Part shown: positions 27,135 through 38,600 of the stretch, piece by piece
Layout: each line of letters starts with the position of its first letter
Position numbering within the stretch: position 1 is the first letter of the stretch
Assembly: GCA_963765145.1 (NCBI GenBank)
Contig: CAVXVG010000005.1
Location: 1-64,000 of the forward strand
Origin: Parachlamydiales bacterium
Lineage (GTDB): Bacteria; Chlamydiota; Chlamydiia; Chlamydiales; JAJFMK01
Direction: 5' to 3'
DNA length: 64,000 nucleotides
Notes under the pieces: model-generated
Seen by the model: only the letters and a program-made list of their open reading frames with translations
Database searches by the model: none
Told to the model about the DNA's origin: nothing
Translations under genes and position numbers: made by a program

Positions 27135-28269
27135 AATCCGATTTTTGCAAGTGGCTAATAAGTGCTTGTCGTGCTTTCTTTAAAGTATTCTGATTGTAGC
27201 CAACGAAACCAGTTTGGGTGTACATAGAGTCATCCATCAATTTTTTCCATATCCATGCGTAAAGCGCAAAAATGTCGTCGAGATCATCCTCATCTTTTTT
27301 AGAGAGTGAGTCGTTTGAACTATGTAAGCAAAAACGGTAGCGGGTTGTGCTTTTTTCAATGTTGTATGTTTGATCATCAAAGAAGATATTTGTATGTAAG
27401 ATGCAGAATGGTGCAATCCTGCTTAGCAAGTCAATTTTGTACGTCGATTCAGGAATATTAGAAACATCGAGTAACCCAATCGGTAAACTTGTCGGAATCT
27501 TCGTTCCAAGGTCTTCAAAATTCCCTATCACTGACACGATGTTCCCAGACAGGGCATAGTGGTGTAGTTGTTTAAATTGTAGGTCGTTTTGGTGATACCC
27601 TACTCCTTCAAAAGCCCCTGTTGTGTTATTCCTCCAATAGTTACGTGGAGAGAAATAGACTTTGGCGCAACTCTCTAAATTTTTTTCATAGTATTTTTTG
27701 ATCCGATCGGGCAATGAGCCTATTGCGAGCTTCTCTCTTATTTGCTCAACTCTCTTTCCAAAGGGGAGACAATTTTTCTTGTTAAAATCATAAATAGGCT
27801 CATTACTTGGCCATTTTCTCTTAATCAGTTGAGGCACACTTTCTATTTGCTGCTCTGAAATAGGTTCAGAAAGCTGCTGAAATGCCTCTTTTGTTTCAGA
27901 AATTGCCAGCAATAGTACAAGAAAATCGTTGTAAGCTTTAATGCAATGGTTGAGATCAACAATCACTACACCCTGTGTCTTCGCCGGGTCTGCCAAAGCA
28001 AGTGTAAAGAAATTTCTTTCCGCCCCTGTGCCAATCGTATAACCATGCGGCACACTTTTTAGATGAGATGCCATCCGTTCAGGATATGTCTCATTGGGGG
28101 ATAGATAGATGTGATAAGGGTTGTTTTCGATATCCAGAGAGAATTTTTCAGAGTAAGACTCTTCAAAGAGGTGCCAGAGTGATTTTTCGACATTTTTTCT
28201 AATTTGTAAAGGTTGGGCAGGAGGCTGGGCTTGGTTCTGGGAACTAAAATAGATATCTACTATGTGCAT
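27133..28269 (-). CDS. Hypothetical protein (378 aa), possibly with a SAM-binding Rossmann-like fold
   Basis: Long ORF; PNE..., IGTGAERNF, VIVDLN and DVSNI motifs only weakly suggest the fold. Confidence 0.75.
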   Translation of the reverse strand: MHIVDIYFSSQNQAQPPAQPLQIRKNVEKSLWHLFEESYSEKFSLDIENNPYHIYLSPNETYPERMASHLKSVPHGYTIGTGAERNFFTLALADPAKTQGVVIVDLNHCIKAYNDFLVLLLAISETKEAFQQLSEPISEQQIESVPQLIKRKWPSNEPIYDFNKKNCLPFGKRVEQIREKLAIGSLPDRIKKYYEKNLESCAKVYFSPRNYWRNNTTGAFEGVGYHQNDLQFKQLHHYALSGNIVSVIGNFEDLGTKIPTSLPIGLLDVSNIPESTYKIDLLSRIAPFCILHTNIFFDDQTYNIEKSTTRYRFCLHSSNDSLSKKDEDDLDDIFALYAWIWKKLMDDSMYTQTGFVGYNQNTLKKARQALISHLQKSD

Positions 28270-28395
28270 ATTTACCGATTCCTAATCCTTATGCAACAAT
28301 TTTACCAATGCAATTAATTAATTTAATTAGGAGAGGGTTAATTTTTGATTAATAGCTTTTTCGTTAAAACCCCATGTTTCCAAAGCTGTTTAATT

Positions 28396-28950
28396 CGCGA
28401 AGCGTTTGGAGTTGTTGCATAATTCCTTGTAATGTTTCGTCTCTCCTGCAGCCCTTCAGGCTGCCATATAAATTTTCGTCCTGGACCCGGGGCGTTGCCC
28501 ACGGGCTGTTGCAGTTTTGGCCTTTCAGGCCAAGGGAAAAGCATATATTGCGAAGGTTTTCCGGCTGAAAGCCGGATAGTTGCAACAGCCCGCGGGCAAC
28601 GCCCCGGGTTAAGTTGGAAAATAAAATTGGCAGCCTGTAAGGTTGCAGGAATAAAGAAGCGCAGTGAACAATTATGCAACAAGGCCGTGCTCCTGAGCCT
28701 GTTTAGCTTTGACTTATCAGTAAAAGTGAAAGCTAAACAAGAGTTTAGCACTCCTGAGTAAGCGCTCTCAACAACAAAGGATTTCAATTTAGCAAAGCAT
28801 CTCCGTGTTCTCTGTGCCTCTGTGTTTAAAACTTTTTAAAAAATTAAAACACAGAGACACAGAGATAACAGAGGAAGATAGAAAGAGAAATACATTCTTA
28901 CTTCAGGATCCGAGGGACGAGAGTCTCTTCCTTGCTCCAAACGCTTCGCG
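28396..28950. mobile_element. Family-A nested element containing IS903-like inner ends and a REP-like hairpin cluster
   Basis: CGCGAAGCGTTTGGAG / CTCCAAACGCTTCGCG ends; inner TTGTTGCATAATT / AATTATGCAACAAGGCC; GCAGCCCTTCAGGCTGC and GGCCTTTCAGGCC hairpins; inverted relative at 56035..56702. Confidence 0.88.
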
Positions 28951-29009
28951 GAAGAAAAAACTTTTAGGCTTCAAGCGCATCACAGAGGCTGCAAACATTT
29001 CGCGTTAAA

Positions 29010-29072
29010 ATGTGGAGGTGGCTACGATGAGAGATTGAGGTGAAAACATGATGAAACGTTCGTTATTGGCTT
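29010..29072 (+). repeat. Direct repeat, right (functional) copy overlapping the start of the TPR gene
   Basis: Matches 27072..27134. Confidence 0.92.
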
Positions 29073-29866
29073 TAACGCTGTGTATCGGTGGATTGCAGGC
29101 TGACTGGTGGGATTCTGTCACAAACGTTTTAGGCCCAAGTGGGCAAGAAGAAGAATCTGGCCCTTCTTCTGACGACAAGCTGAAAATTTTGAACGCGGCG
29201 ATCAGCTCCAATACCTTGCCGCCAAATCTACAGATGTCGTTGTTAGTCGAAAGGGGCAACATCTATCTCGATAACCAACAGTATCAATTGGCTCTGAACG
29301 ACTTTAATGCGGTATTAGCAAGAAAACCTGAAGACAAAGAGACCCTTTTAGAAGCATTAGCGGGCCAGGCTAAAGCACAATTAGCTTTGGGAAAAACCGA
29401 TCAATATTTGGCAACTCGTACCATCTTGATCAACATGGCGCCACCTGAAGGGTATCCGGTCGAGTCCGATTACTATTACCTTGTAACGTTTCCGGACACA
29501 TGGGGCGGACCCAATTGGTGGAGAAACCCTGCCTGGAGAACCCCCTATCACCAATGGTTACGTAATAACCACTCCCACTCGCCAAGCGTTGTCTTCTCTA
29601 AAAACAACGTCAATGTTGTTAAAAAGCCAATGATTAAAACTGTTCCTTCCGCACAGCCTGTAAAACCTGCCACACCTGTAAAAAGTGTGGAAGAGGCAAA
29701 AAAGAGGATGGGTGAAAAATTGCCAGAGACAATGCCTGCCGAAAAGCCTATGATGGAAAGAGAAAGGGAAGCTCAACGTTCTACTGAACGGGTGGACGAG
29801 CCCCAAAGCAGACCGGCGGCTCCGGAAGCCAGACCCGGTCCCGACCGTCCGGGCAGTAATAGATAA
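29048..29866 (+). CDS. Exported TPR-containing protein
   Basis: Sec signal MKRSLLALTLCIGGLQA; TPR-like ERGNIYLDNQQYQLALNDFNAVLARKP; low-complexity C-terminus. Confidence 0.8.
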   Translation: MMKRSLLALTLCIGGLQADWWDSVTNVLGPSGQEEESGPSSDDKLKILNAAISSNTLPPNLQMSLLVERGNIYLDNQQYQLALNDFNAVLARKPEDKETLLEALAGQAKAQLALGKTDQYLATRTILINMAPPEGYPVESDYYYLVTFPDTWGGPNWWRNPAWRTPYHQWLRNNHSHSPSVVFSKNNVNVVKKPMIKTVPSAQPVKPATPVKSVEEAKKRMGEKLPETMPAEKPMMEREREAQRSTERVDEPQSRPAAPEARPGPDRPGSNR

Positions 29867-29926
29867 ACTGAAAGTTGAAAATTAAAGGGGTCCTCCCTAG
29901 AGTTCAAGAAAAGATAGAGATCATCC

Positions 29927-32485
29927 ATGTTCGATAAATTCACCAACCGCGCAAAACAGGTCATTAAATTAGCTAAGAAAGAGGCGCAAAGACTGAACCA
30001 CAACTATTTGGGCACCGAACATGTCCTTTTAGGGCTCCTAAAATTAGGGCAAGGGGTTGCAGTTAATGTCCTCCGGACGTTGAACATCGATTATGAAGCC
30101 ATACGCGCTGAAGTCGAAAAAGTCGTTGGCTTTGGCCCTGAAGTACAGGTGTTTGGCGATCCTGCGCTCACCGGTAAAGTTAAAAAAGTTTTCGAATATG
30201 CAAATGAAGAAGCTGCCAACTTAAACCACAACTATGTGGGCACCGAGCACCTTCTTTTAGGGTTGCTACGGCAAACTGAAGGCGTTGCAGCTCAAGTGCT
30301 TGAAAACCTCAACGTCAATCTGAAAGACGTTCGAAAAGAGGTGTTGAAAGAGCTTGAAAACTTTAACCTCCAATTGCCTCCGCTCGGCAGTTCCGGCACG
30401 CCTCCGCCTCCTTCCTCCAGCCGCCCTTATGAAAAAGGGGCCACAGCGGCAAATAATGATAAAATGCCGGCGCTAAAAGCCTATGGCTATGATCTGACCG
30501 AAAAAGCCCGTGAAGGGAAGATGGATCCTGTCATCGGCCGAAAAGACGAGGTCGAAAGGCTTATCCTTATTTTATGCCGTCGCCGTAAAAACAACCCTGT
30601 ATTGATTGGTGAAGCAGGCGTTGGTAAGACAGCGATTGTCGAGGGGCTTGCACAAGCGATTGTCAGGGGAGATGTGCCTGATAACCTGCGCAAAAAGAAG
30701 CTGATTAGCCTTGACTTGGCTTTGATGATTGCAGGTACTAAGTACCGCGGGCAATTTGAAGAGCGGATCAAAGCTGTCATGGATGAGATCAAGAAAAATG
30801 GAAACATTTTGCTGTTCATCGACGAGCTCCATACGATTGTTGGGGCAGGTGCAGCTGAAGGAGCCATTGATGCATCCAACATTTTAAAACCGGCCCTCTC
30901 TCGCGGCGAGCTGCAGTGTATTGGTGCGACAACAGTTGATGAATATCGCAAACACATCGAAAAAGATGCTGCCCTAGAAAGACGTTTCCAGAAAATATTC
31001 GTTCAGCCGCCGACGGTCGATGACACCATCATGATTCTGAATGGCTTGAAGCAAAAGTATGAAGAGCACCACAAGTGTATCTACACACCGCAAGCAATCG
31101 ATGCTGCTGCAATGCTGTCTGACCGTTATGTCCATGGCCGCTTTCTACCCGATAAGGCGATCGACCTACTTGATGAAGCCGGTGCAAAAATGAGGATCTC
31201 GATGATGAACCAGCCTCAAGACATCAGCAATTTTGAAAAAGAGATCGAAGAGGTCCGGGTTGCTAAAGAAGAATCGATCAGTAAGCAGGAATATGAAAAA
31301 GCTGCCAACTTGCGCGATCGGGAAAAGAATCTCCGAGAAGACCTTCAACGAGTTAAATCGCAGTGGGAAAGCAATAAAGAAGAACATGAAGTGATCGTTG
31401 AGGAAGAAGATGTCGCCATGGTCGTAGCTCGACAAACCGGCATCCCGATCCACCGCTTGACCGAAGAAGAGACCCAAAAGGTTCTCAAAATGGAAGAGGA
31501 GCTGAAAGGGACTATCATTGGTCAAGAAGATGCGATCAAACAGGTCTGCCGAGCTATCCGTAGAAGCCGTGCCGACATCAAAGATCCGAACCGGCCGATC
31601 GGTGCCTTCCTATTCTTAGGTCCTACAGGTGTTGGTAAAACCCTGCTTGCAAGACTTTTAGCCATCCAATTATTTGGTGGGGAAGATGCCTTGATACAAG
31701 TTGACATGTCTGAGTACATGGAAAAATTTGCCGTCAGCCGTATGACAGGTTCCCCTCCGGGCTATGTTGGGCATGAAGAGGGTGGTCAGCTGACCGAACA
31801 GGTGAGACAACGCCCCTATTCTGTTGTCCTTTTTGACGAAATCGAAAAGGCCCACCCAGATGTGATGGATATTTTACTGCAAATTTTGGAAGAAGGGCGT
31901 TTAACAGACTCTTTCGGACGAAAAATCGACTTCCGCAATACCATCATTATCATGACATCGAACGCCGGTGCCGACTTGATTAGGCGCACCACAGAGATGG
32001 GCTTTGGAGCAAAAGAAGAAACACTTGAGTACGAGGCAATTAAAGAAAAAATCGAGCGTGAGGTGAAAAAACGGTTTAAACCAGAGTTTTTGAACCGTCT
32101 CAATGGCGCTGTCATTTTCCACCCATTGACCAAAGAGCACTTGAAGAAAGTTATCCGGTTAGAAATCGAGAAGCTGCATAAGCGATTAAAAGCTCGCCAA
32201 GTCACTTTGGATCTAGACGAAAAGGCTTTAGATTTCTTAGTGGACAAAGGGTACCAACCTGAAATGGGGGCAAGACCTATCCGAAGAACTGTTGAAGAGT
32301 ATCTTGAAGATCCATTAGCAGAAAAACTGTTGTTGAACCCAAATGAAGGGCGCCGCTGTTTGGTCACTGTTGAAGGAGATGCTATCAAAATCATCGATGA
32401 AGAGGTGTTTCCTTTGATCAATCAAAAAGGGAAAAAAGTAAAAGCTCCTCTTCCGGTTCAAGTGTCTCAAGAAAATCCTCAATGA
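29927..32485 (+). CDS. clpC: ATP-dependent Clp protease ATP-binding subunit ClpC
   Basis: Double Clp-N repeats, [15 protein letters not shown] coil [24 protein letters not shown] loop. Confidence 0.97.
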   Translation: MFDKFTNRAKQVIKLAKKEAQRLNHNYLGTEHVLLGLLKLGQGVAVNVLRTLNIDYEAIRAEVEKVVGFGPEVQVFGDPALTGKVKKVFEYANEEAANLNHNYVGTEHLLLGLLRQTEGVAAQVLENLNVNLKDVRKEVLKELENFNLQLPPLGSSGTPPPPSSSRPYEKGATAANNDKMPALKAYGYDLTEKAREGKMDPVIGRKDEVERLILILCRRRKNNPVLIGEAGVGKTAIVEGLAQAIVRGDVPDNLRKKKLISLDLALMIAGTKYRGQFEERIKAVMDEIKKNGNILLFIDELHTIVGAGAAEGAIDASNILKPALSRGELQCIGATTVDEYRKHIEKDAALERRFQKIFVQPPTVDDTIMILNGLKQKYEEHHKCIYTPQAIDAAAMLSDRYVHGRFLPDKAIDLLDEAGAKMRISMMNQPQDISNFEKEIEEVRVAKEESISKQEYEKAANLRDREKNLREDLQRVKSQWESNKEEHEVIVEEEDVAMVVARQTGIPIHRLTEEETQKVLKMEEELKGTIIGQEDAIKQVCRAIRRSRADIKDPNRPIGAFLFLGPTGVGKTLLARLLAIQLFGGEDALIQVDMSEYMEKFAVSRMTGSPPGYVGHEEGGQLTEQVRQRPYSVVLFDEIEKAHPDVMDILLQILEEGRLTDSFGRKIDFRNTIIIMTSNAGADLIRRTTEMGFGAKEETLEYEAIKEKIEREVKKRFKPEFLNRLNGAVIFHPLTKEHLKKVIRLEIEKLHKRLKARQVTLDLDEKALDFLVDKGYQPEMGARPIRRTVEEYLEDPLAEKLLLNPNEGRRCLVTVEGDAIKIIDEEVFPLINQKGKKVKAPLPVQVSQENPQ

Positions 32486-33051
32486 CGTTTTATCAAATTA
32501 GATCAGATCCTCCTGAAGTGCAGGTGGATCTGATCTATGCAACGGCTGAGAATTTCACCGGAAAAACACTTTACGATGCCCCTATTTTTGCCTTGATTGG
32601 CGAGACGATTGAGGCCCTTAAAAAAGCTAAACAGCAATTGGCAGCTATGGGTTTTGGTCTATTGCTGTGGGATGGTTACCGCCCTTTTGCCACTCAGGTT
32701 ATGATGTGGGACATGGTACAAAATGAACGGTATGTGTCTGATCCGCACAAAACAGGAGGACGACATACAAGGGGCACCGCTGTCGATTTGACGTTGACCG
32801 ATCGATCGGGGCACCCTTTACAGATGCCGACCCGTTTCGACGATTTTACGGACAAGGCTTCGTATGCTTATCAAGATTTGCCCGAAGAGGTTTTGGCCAG
32901 GCGCACGTTGCTAAAAAGTGTCATGGAAGCTTGTGGGTTTGTTGCATTCCACACTGAGTGGTGGCATTTCGATTTGCAGGGTTGGGAAGGGTTCCCCCCG
33001 CAACATGTCCCGTTAAGCACCCTTCAGAACGCCCCTCTAGTAAAGCTTTAA
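32482..33051 (+). CDS. ddpX: D-alanyl-D-alanine dipeptidase (M15D, VanX/DdpX family)
   Basis: [32 protein letters not shown]. Confidence 0.88.
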   Translation: MTFYQIRSDPPEVQVDLIYATAENFTGKTLYDAPIFALIGETIEALKKAKQQLAAMGFGLLLWDGYRPFATQVMMWDMVQNERYVSDPHKTGGRHTRGTAVDLTLTDRSGHPLQMPTRFDDFTDKASYAYQDLPEEVLARRTLLKSVMEACGFVAFHTEWWHFDLQGWEGFPPQHVPLSTLQNAPLVKL

Positions 33052-33054
33052 CAA

Positions 33055-33477
33055 CGCAACGCGTTTGGAGTGCTAAACGGCCTTGTTGCATAATTCAATT
33101 TCTAATTAAAAAATGTAGCTCCAGGCTTTAGAAGTACTTGCAAAAATCGGATTGTTGGCTTTTTTTTAGAAACAGGTCCGAAGACCGAAATATGAAAGCC
33201 CAGCGCCGAAGGCCTGGGTTACAAATGTGAAATAAAATTGGAGTCCTGAAAGGACGGCATAAAATATCTCCTGTAGTGTTTGTGGAACAGGATATGTCGT
33301 CCCTTCAGGACTCCAATTTCTATTGGCATACTTACCCTGGCCTTCGACCAGGGCTTTCATATTTCGGCCCTTCGGGCCTGTTTCTGAGCTTAATCTGATT
33401 TTTGCAAGTGCCTCTAAAGTCTAAGCTACAATATTTGTCCAAATTAAGATTAATTATGCGCTCCAAACGCTAGCGCG
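33055..33477. mobile_element. Family-A nested element carrying a ~317-bp inner MITE-like unit (33114..33430)
   Basis: Layers: CGCAACGCGTTTGGAG > GGCCTTGTTGCATAATT > TGTAGCT > CTTGCAAAAATC > REP-like hairpins, mirrored on the right. Confidence 0.88.
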
Positions 33478-35605
33478 AGGCAGGTAGTTTTGCTGTTTGT
33501 AGAGGGAGGGTGACGGTGAAGGTGGAGCCGAGGTCGGGGGTGCTGGTGAAGGTGATGGTGCCATCCATCATTTCGACGATGGCGCGGGTAATGTAAAGGC
33601 CAAGCCCAGATCCTGGCACGTTTCCACGCCTGATCGGCGAGAATTTTTCAAAGAGATGTTGCTGGTCTTCTTTGTTAATACCCACGCCAGTATCTTCCAC
33701 CTCGAGCGATAACACCCCTTTTTCTAAGGCTTCGGTATATCCGATGGTAACTAAAACAGACCCTTTATTTGTAAATTTGATCGCATTTCCCACCAGGTTA
33801 TTAAAGATCTGCCGCAATCTTGTTGGGTCGATATAGAGCTGTTCCGGAACATTGCAATGCAGTTCAAGCGATATCCCTTTTTCTTTTGCTTTAGGTAAAA
33901 GAAGGGTGATTAAATCGCCCGCGATTTTGTTGACATCTTCGATAGAAGGTTCAAGGGGGATTTTACCTGTTTCCAGTTTGGCTAAATCTAACACCTCATT
34001 GACCACCTTTAGAAGGTGTTGGCCTGAAGAGCGCATGATGTCCAGCAATCGCAACTGTTTGGCATCTTCTGTGGTATTTTCCAGAATGTCGACTGAGGCA
34101 ATGATCCCCGAAAGAGGTGTCCTCAGTTCATGGCTAACTTGGGCAAGAAAAGCCGACCGAGCCAAACTGCGGGCAGCTATCATTCTGCTCTCTTCAAATA
34201 ACTTGAGGGCCATGTAGGTCAAAATCGCCACAAAAATCGAAATCAAAGACCCAAAAAGAAAAGCTGTTAAAGGAAAATAGCTTTGTTCGTTTTTAATAAA
34301 CTGAGAAGTGGCCCAAAAATCTACCTTCCACTTTGTGTTGAAAATTTTAACAGAATCTTTTGCCTCTAAATACTTATAAGTCACATCATTTTTGTTGTTT
34401 TCATAGACCTCATGTCCACTAGCAGAAATGGTCAAGCCTGTTTCTTTTTTCCGATATTCGGGCACAAAGTCTGACAAAAGCTCATCGATTGAAATCACTC
34501 CGACTTCATGGTTGTTTTTACGTCCTTTAGGAGTTACATAAATTAAATGGGGGCGATCGGTCGCATGAGAAAAGCGGATTTTGGGCTTTCTTTTGGGCGT
34601 CAGCTCTTTTGCACGCTCTTGGATCTCTCTTTCTATGTCGCCTCTGTTGGTCAAAATAGACCATTTTTTTTGAATGATCTCTCCGGAATCCGACAATTTG
34701 ACGATGCCGACTAGCCCCTGTAGGTCGTGTAGGTAACTGATAGCGCTCTTCTTCCATTCGTTTTCTGGCGAAGAGGGTGACTTTTCAAAATTTATCTTCG
34801 ACAGCCGATCAAGTGCGCTTGTCACAATTGTCATTTTTTCAACCAGGGCCTTTGTATACTCTTTGGCTAGCGATTCCACCGTTTGATGGATGTAGGAGGC
34901 TTGGTGGAGCGCCAAAGCCCTTGTAAAAGCAATCGTGGTAGAAAAAAGGATCATCCCAACCAGGGCAGCACTCCAAATAGGCAAGATGCTCTTGTCAGTC
35001 TCTGCAAGTTCTTTTGTGGCAGCTGCAAGTTGGAGGAGGGAGGCTATTGAGAGGCCAATAGCCGTTGAAAAGGCCATCCTTGTTAAATCGCCCCAGCTGT
35101 AGGCAGCTTCAATCCCCGAAACATACCCCCAAAAAGCAACCAAAGTGATGGCAAAACAAAGCCCGGCTAGTAGACCAATTAGTAAGAGGTGGAACGTCTT
35201 GAGCTTTTTAAGATTAAAGAGCAGCAGAGAAAAGAAAAGGCAAGTAAAACAAAATAAGGTGTTTAAACCACAATATTCGACCTCCATAAGTTTCGAAGGC
35301 TCGAAAAAAAGCTGGTTTAACCCCCAAGGAAAGTCAAATAGCCTCTGGATGAGTAAAATCAGGGCAAAAAGCCCCCCCATCAAAGCAATAGCTGTCGACG
35401 CTTTCTTTAATCCGAGAATGTAAAAAAGAGCTCCAAACCCTAGAATAACTAAAAGAAGGGCTGAATTGAAATACATGGGGGCAAAGGAGGGGCTCCATTG
35501 AACCAGCCAGACCGCTCCGGTCAGCCATCCTATAATAACGCTTAGCCCCAGTAGGATAACGAAAATTGAACCCCATACTCCCACTTTCCAGATCTTTTCG
35601 CCCAT
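33470..35605 (-). CDS. Membrane-bound sensor histidine kinase
   Basis: Multiple N-terminal TM helices; H-box SHELRTPL, N-box NLVGNAIKFT, DTGVGI, GSGLGL. Confidence 0.95.
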   Translation of the reverse strand: MGEKIWKVGVWGSIFVILLGLSVIIGWLTGAVWLVQWSPSFAPMYFNSALLLVILGFGALFYILGLKKASTAIALMGGLFALILLIQRLFDFPWGLNQLFFEPSKLMEVEYCGLNTLFCFTCLFFSLLLFNLKKLKTFHLLLIGLLAGLCFAITLVAFWGYVSGIEAAYSWGDLTRMAFSTAIGLSIASLLQLAAATKELAETDKSILPIWSAALVGMILFSTTIAFTRALALHQASYIHQTVESLAKEYTKALVEKMTIVTSALDRLSKINFEKSPSSPENEWKKSAISYLHDLQGLVGIVKLSDSGEIIQKKWSILTNRGDIEREIQERAKELTPKRKPKIRFSHATDRPHLIYVTPKGRKNNHEVGVISIDELLSDFVPEYRKKETGLTISASGHEVYENNKNDVTYKYLEAKDSVKIFNTKWKVDFWATSQFIKNEQSYFPLTAFLFGSLISIFVAILTYMALKLFEESRMIAARSLARSAFLAQVSHELRTPLSGIIASVDILENTTEDAKQLRLLDIMRSSGQHLLKVVNEVLDLAKLETGKIPLEPSIEDVNKIAGDLITLLLPKAKEKGISLELHCNVPEQLYIDPTRLRQIFNNLVGNAIKFTNKGSVLVTIGYTEALEKGVLSLEVEDTGVGINKEDQQHLFEKFSPIRRGNVPGSGLGLYITRAIVEMMDGTITFTSTPDLGSTFTVTLPLQTAKLPASR

Positions 35606-35691
35606 GCTTTTTCTATAAAGCTCTGAAATTTTAAAGAATATTAATAAAGATCGGTTTCAATGGGGTTGACGAAATAAAAGGGGAGCTCCCT

Positions 35692-38600
35692 ATGAGTACA
35701 GTTGGCGGCGGCAATGCAAGCTATGGTGATATTGAGAATTTTTATGGGCAATGGAAGGCCAACTTGTCTACAGATATGAAAGAACAGGCGGCTTTCGCAG
35801 CTTTAAGCGACGATGATAAAACCATTGTTTTATTAGCATTTAAGTCTCTGTCAAAGAGAAACATTGAAGGCAATTTAGGGACTATTAGATCCGATACATC
35901 GGAGCCTGAAACTGATGCCCCTGATAATATCTCCTTACATTCCATTGAGAGTATTGGAACTGATGGTAGCTCTATGTATTCCTACGCAAGTGGTGATAGT
36001 AATGACAGTGATTATAGTGATGATGATGGCCCTTTTTACAGGTTGCTTTCCTTTGTAGCTGACGATGGAGATGATAGCTCCCTCACCTCAAATGATAGCT
36101 CTGTAGATTTTGGCCACACAGGCAACATTGTAACGAAGGAAGATTTGGATGGCGTTCTAAGTAAGTTGAAAAGTAATAAGCGTTTAAATTTTGAAAATCG
36201 TAAAGAAGTCTCTCGAGACATCACCAAGGCTGTCGACCAGAGTTACAGAAATATCATGCGGGTTGCAGGACACCTTCCCACAGACAGTGAGAGGAAATAT
36301 GCAGCTGGCTATACAGAAGCAAAATTTAAAAGTATTTACAAACAGCGGGCCGCCTTGCAGGAGGCGTTTGAAGGCGATTTTGTAGGTCAGATGATGGAGG
36401 GGATTGATGTCCCCACTGAAGGTCTACTTTCTTCTAAACCTCTCTATGACAATTTAAAAGCTTGGGCAGAGAAGAACATTAAGAGTGGAGATTTTCAAAA
36501 AGCTGCGCTCAAAATTATTAAAGACTTGAAGGAGCACGAAACCGAATTTACGAAGGGAAAAGTTCAAGATAGTAATTTGCGAAATCAAGTTGAGGTATTT
36601 AAGGATAGGCTCACCTTGGCTTTTATCGAATTAAACCCGCAACTAACACCAGAAGATATTAAAAAACTAAATCGGTTCGGTTTGAAAGGAACAAGCCAGC
36701 AACAGGTGATACGAGATTGTTTTATCGATTTAGGGAAAGTCTTTATTTGGCCCCTCCAAAAAGCCTTTGAGGTGCTTAAACCGGGTGAAGTGAGGGACGA
36801 AGCGGTATCTGCCATTCGGTCCGGGTTTATGAAGCTGATTATTGACCCCGATAAAGGAAATCGGTTGATTGCGACCTTTAAGGAGATATTTACCCAGATT
36901 ACAAAAGCCCCATTAGAGTCGATGGGGGCAGTGGGTCGTATGAAAGGGCCTTTCGCCGCGATTGCTAATAGGCCTGAAAACGTCGTGTTTCAAGAAATCA
37001 ATAAGTTGGAGGCCCAGGTAGTCGAAGAGCGGGCAGAGATAGATAAAGTGATTAATGACGGGCTGACACTGGAAGGAGGCATTCCGGAAGCGCAAAGAGA
37101 GACCCTTTTAGAAAAGATCGCGGTTTACCATGAAAACTGCCAGTTATTGCTGGCTATGATGGAGCTAAAGGAAAGCCTTTTTGTAAAAGGGTACGTTCTT
37201 CTTCCCCACTTGGCAGCTGGTCACGGTAAGGAGATACACGCTCAAGCAAATGTCTTGATGAACCATGTAGCCTTTGCTGTCGATATGAGGGGTGTTCTAG
37301 AGCATGCCGATCAAGTCGCAGTCAGGATGGAAGAAAAAGGGATCAGCGCTCAAAATGCCTACTTATCTTTGGTCAAAGGCACTCCTCCGAAAGAGGGAGA
37401 GACCATTGAGTTGTCTCAGGAAAGAGTAGAAGTTGAAGCCGAAGCTGCAGAAAAGTTGGAGAGGGCAGGCAATTGGTTGCAGTATGCCCGCTCGAGAGGA
37501 GATCTGTCTGCACCCATTTATTTGGCTGACTTGATTTGTACTTCAGATCGAAAAGCTTGGTCTCCGGAAAATGCCGATCGCACCTTTGCAACAGCGCAGA
37601 TGTTGTTAAACGAGTCTTTCAAAGGGGGAGACTATGAACGTCGAGCAGATGCCGAGACAGCGATGAGATCTTTGCTCCGGCTCCGTTTTGAGGCTTCTGT
37701 TCGAAATGATCGGCCTATGGCGGAGCAGACCTATAATGCCCATGAGCTCATCAAAGGGATGAAGTATGTCAACTCGGTCACCCGCTTCCCAACAACTGCA
37801 GCTAGAGAAACAGCTTTAAGAAATCAGCTGTTAGGTTTGGTTCTATTAGGCTCGCAAGAGGCCGGACAAGTTATTCTCGACCAAATTGACCAGCATGCCA
37901 AAAAAGGGCGTGTAACCGCAGGTGATGTTTTGGTGCTTTCAGAATTGGCAGCCGAGGGGTTTCCCGGCGCAAAAGAGAGGTTGCAAAATGTTACGCAAAT
38001 GAAATCCTTTCTGGATAAGGTTGAAAAAGATGCTAAAAAAGAGATACTAACTTCTGAAGCCTTCAGAGCTTTAGCCAGTCTGGCAGCCCACGGAAATGTG
38101 AAGGCAAGATCTGTTCTTGGTGATCTTAATAAGGGAGACTCAGGCTTTCTTGGGGTATTTGGTCGTTCATATCCTCCAACAGAAGATGAAGATTTTTTGG
38201 ATATGGCCATTTCCAACTGGGCGATGTCTATTGCCGCCGGGAGCTCATTAACACAAATTCCATCCATGCAATACGACCACGTGAAAGGCTTTAAAGAGTT
38301 TTATGATCGGTATGCCCTGTCGCCTATCCAAATAGACTTCAACATTCCTCCTTTCAAGGGAGTAGAAGTAGACCTTGAAGCGATATCAGACCGGGCAGCT
38401 AAAGGGAAGCTAACTGAAAAAGATGTCAATAACTTGGTTTTAGCCATTGGCAGCGGAAATCGCGAGGCTATCCTCACCTTAGACGATGCTATCGTCAAGA
38501 TGGCTGCTAGGCATAGTGAAATCCAAAAATCCAAAAATCCGAATGAAGTATTGAAATTTGCAAAGTGGGCTTTAGGGCAGGCCAAGAGCCCCGATGGTTT

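Noticed and set aside
28745..28771. TTAGCACTC resembling a CIRCE (HrcA) operator upstream of clpC; GAGTGCTAA also at 33068 and 56232
   Set aside because: Only half-sites, lacking the TTAGCACTC-N9-GAGTGCTAA arrangement, and they are part of the repeat family
28338..28787. ORFs of 60-150 aa inside repeat elements (also 10508, 14733, 33166, 42009, 56198, 56271), some with identical translations at two loci
   Set aside because: They lie wholly or partly within palindromic repeats or antisense to real genes; the identity reflects repeat copies, and there are no transposase motifs
30487..32421. Long antisense ORFs over clpC (156 and 201 aa) and similar ones over mfd, alaS and trxB
   Set aside because: Typical shadow frames of conserved genes, with no independent motifs or RBS
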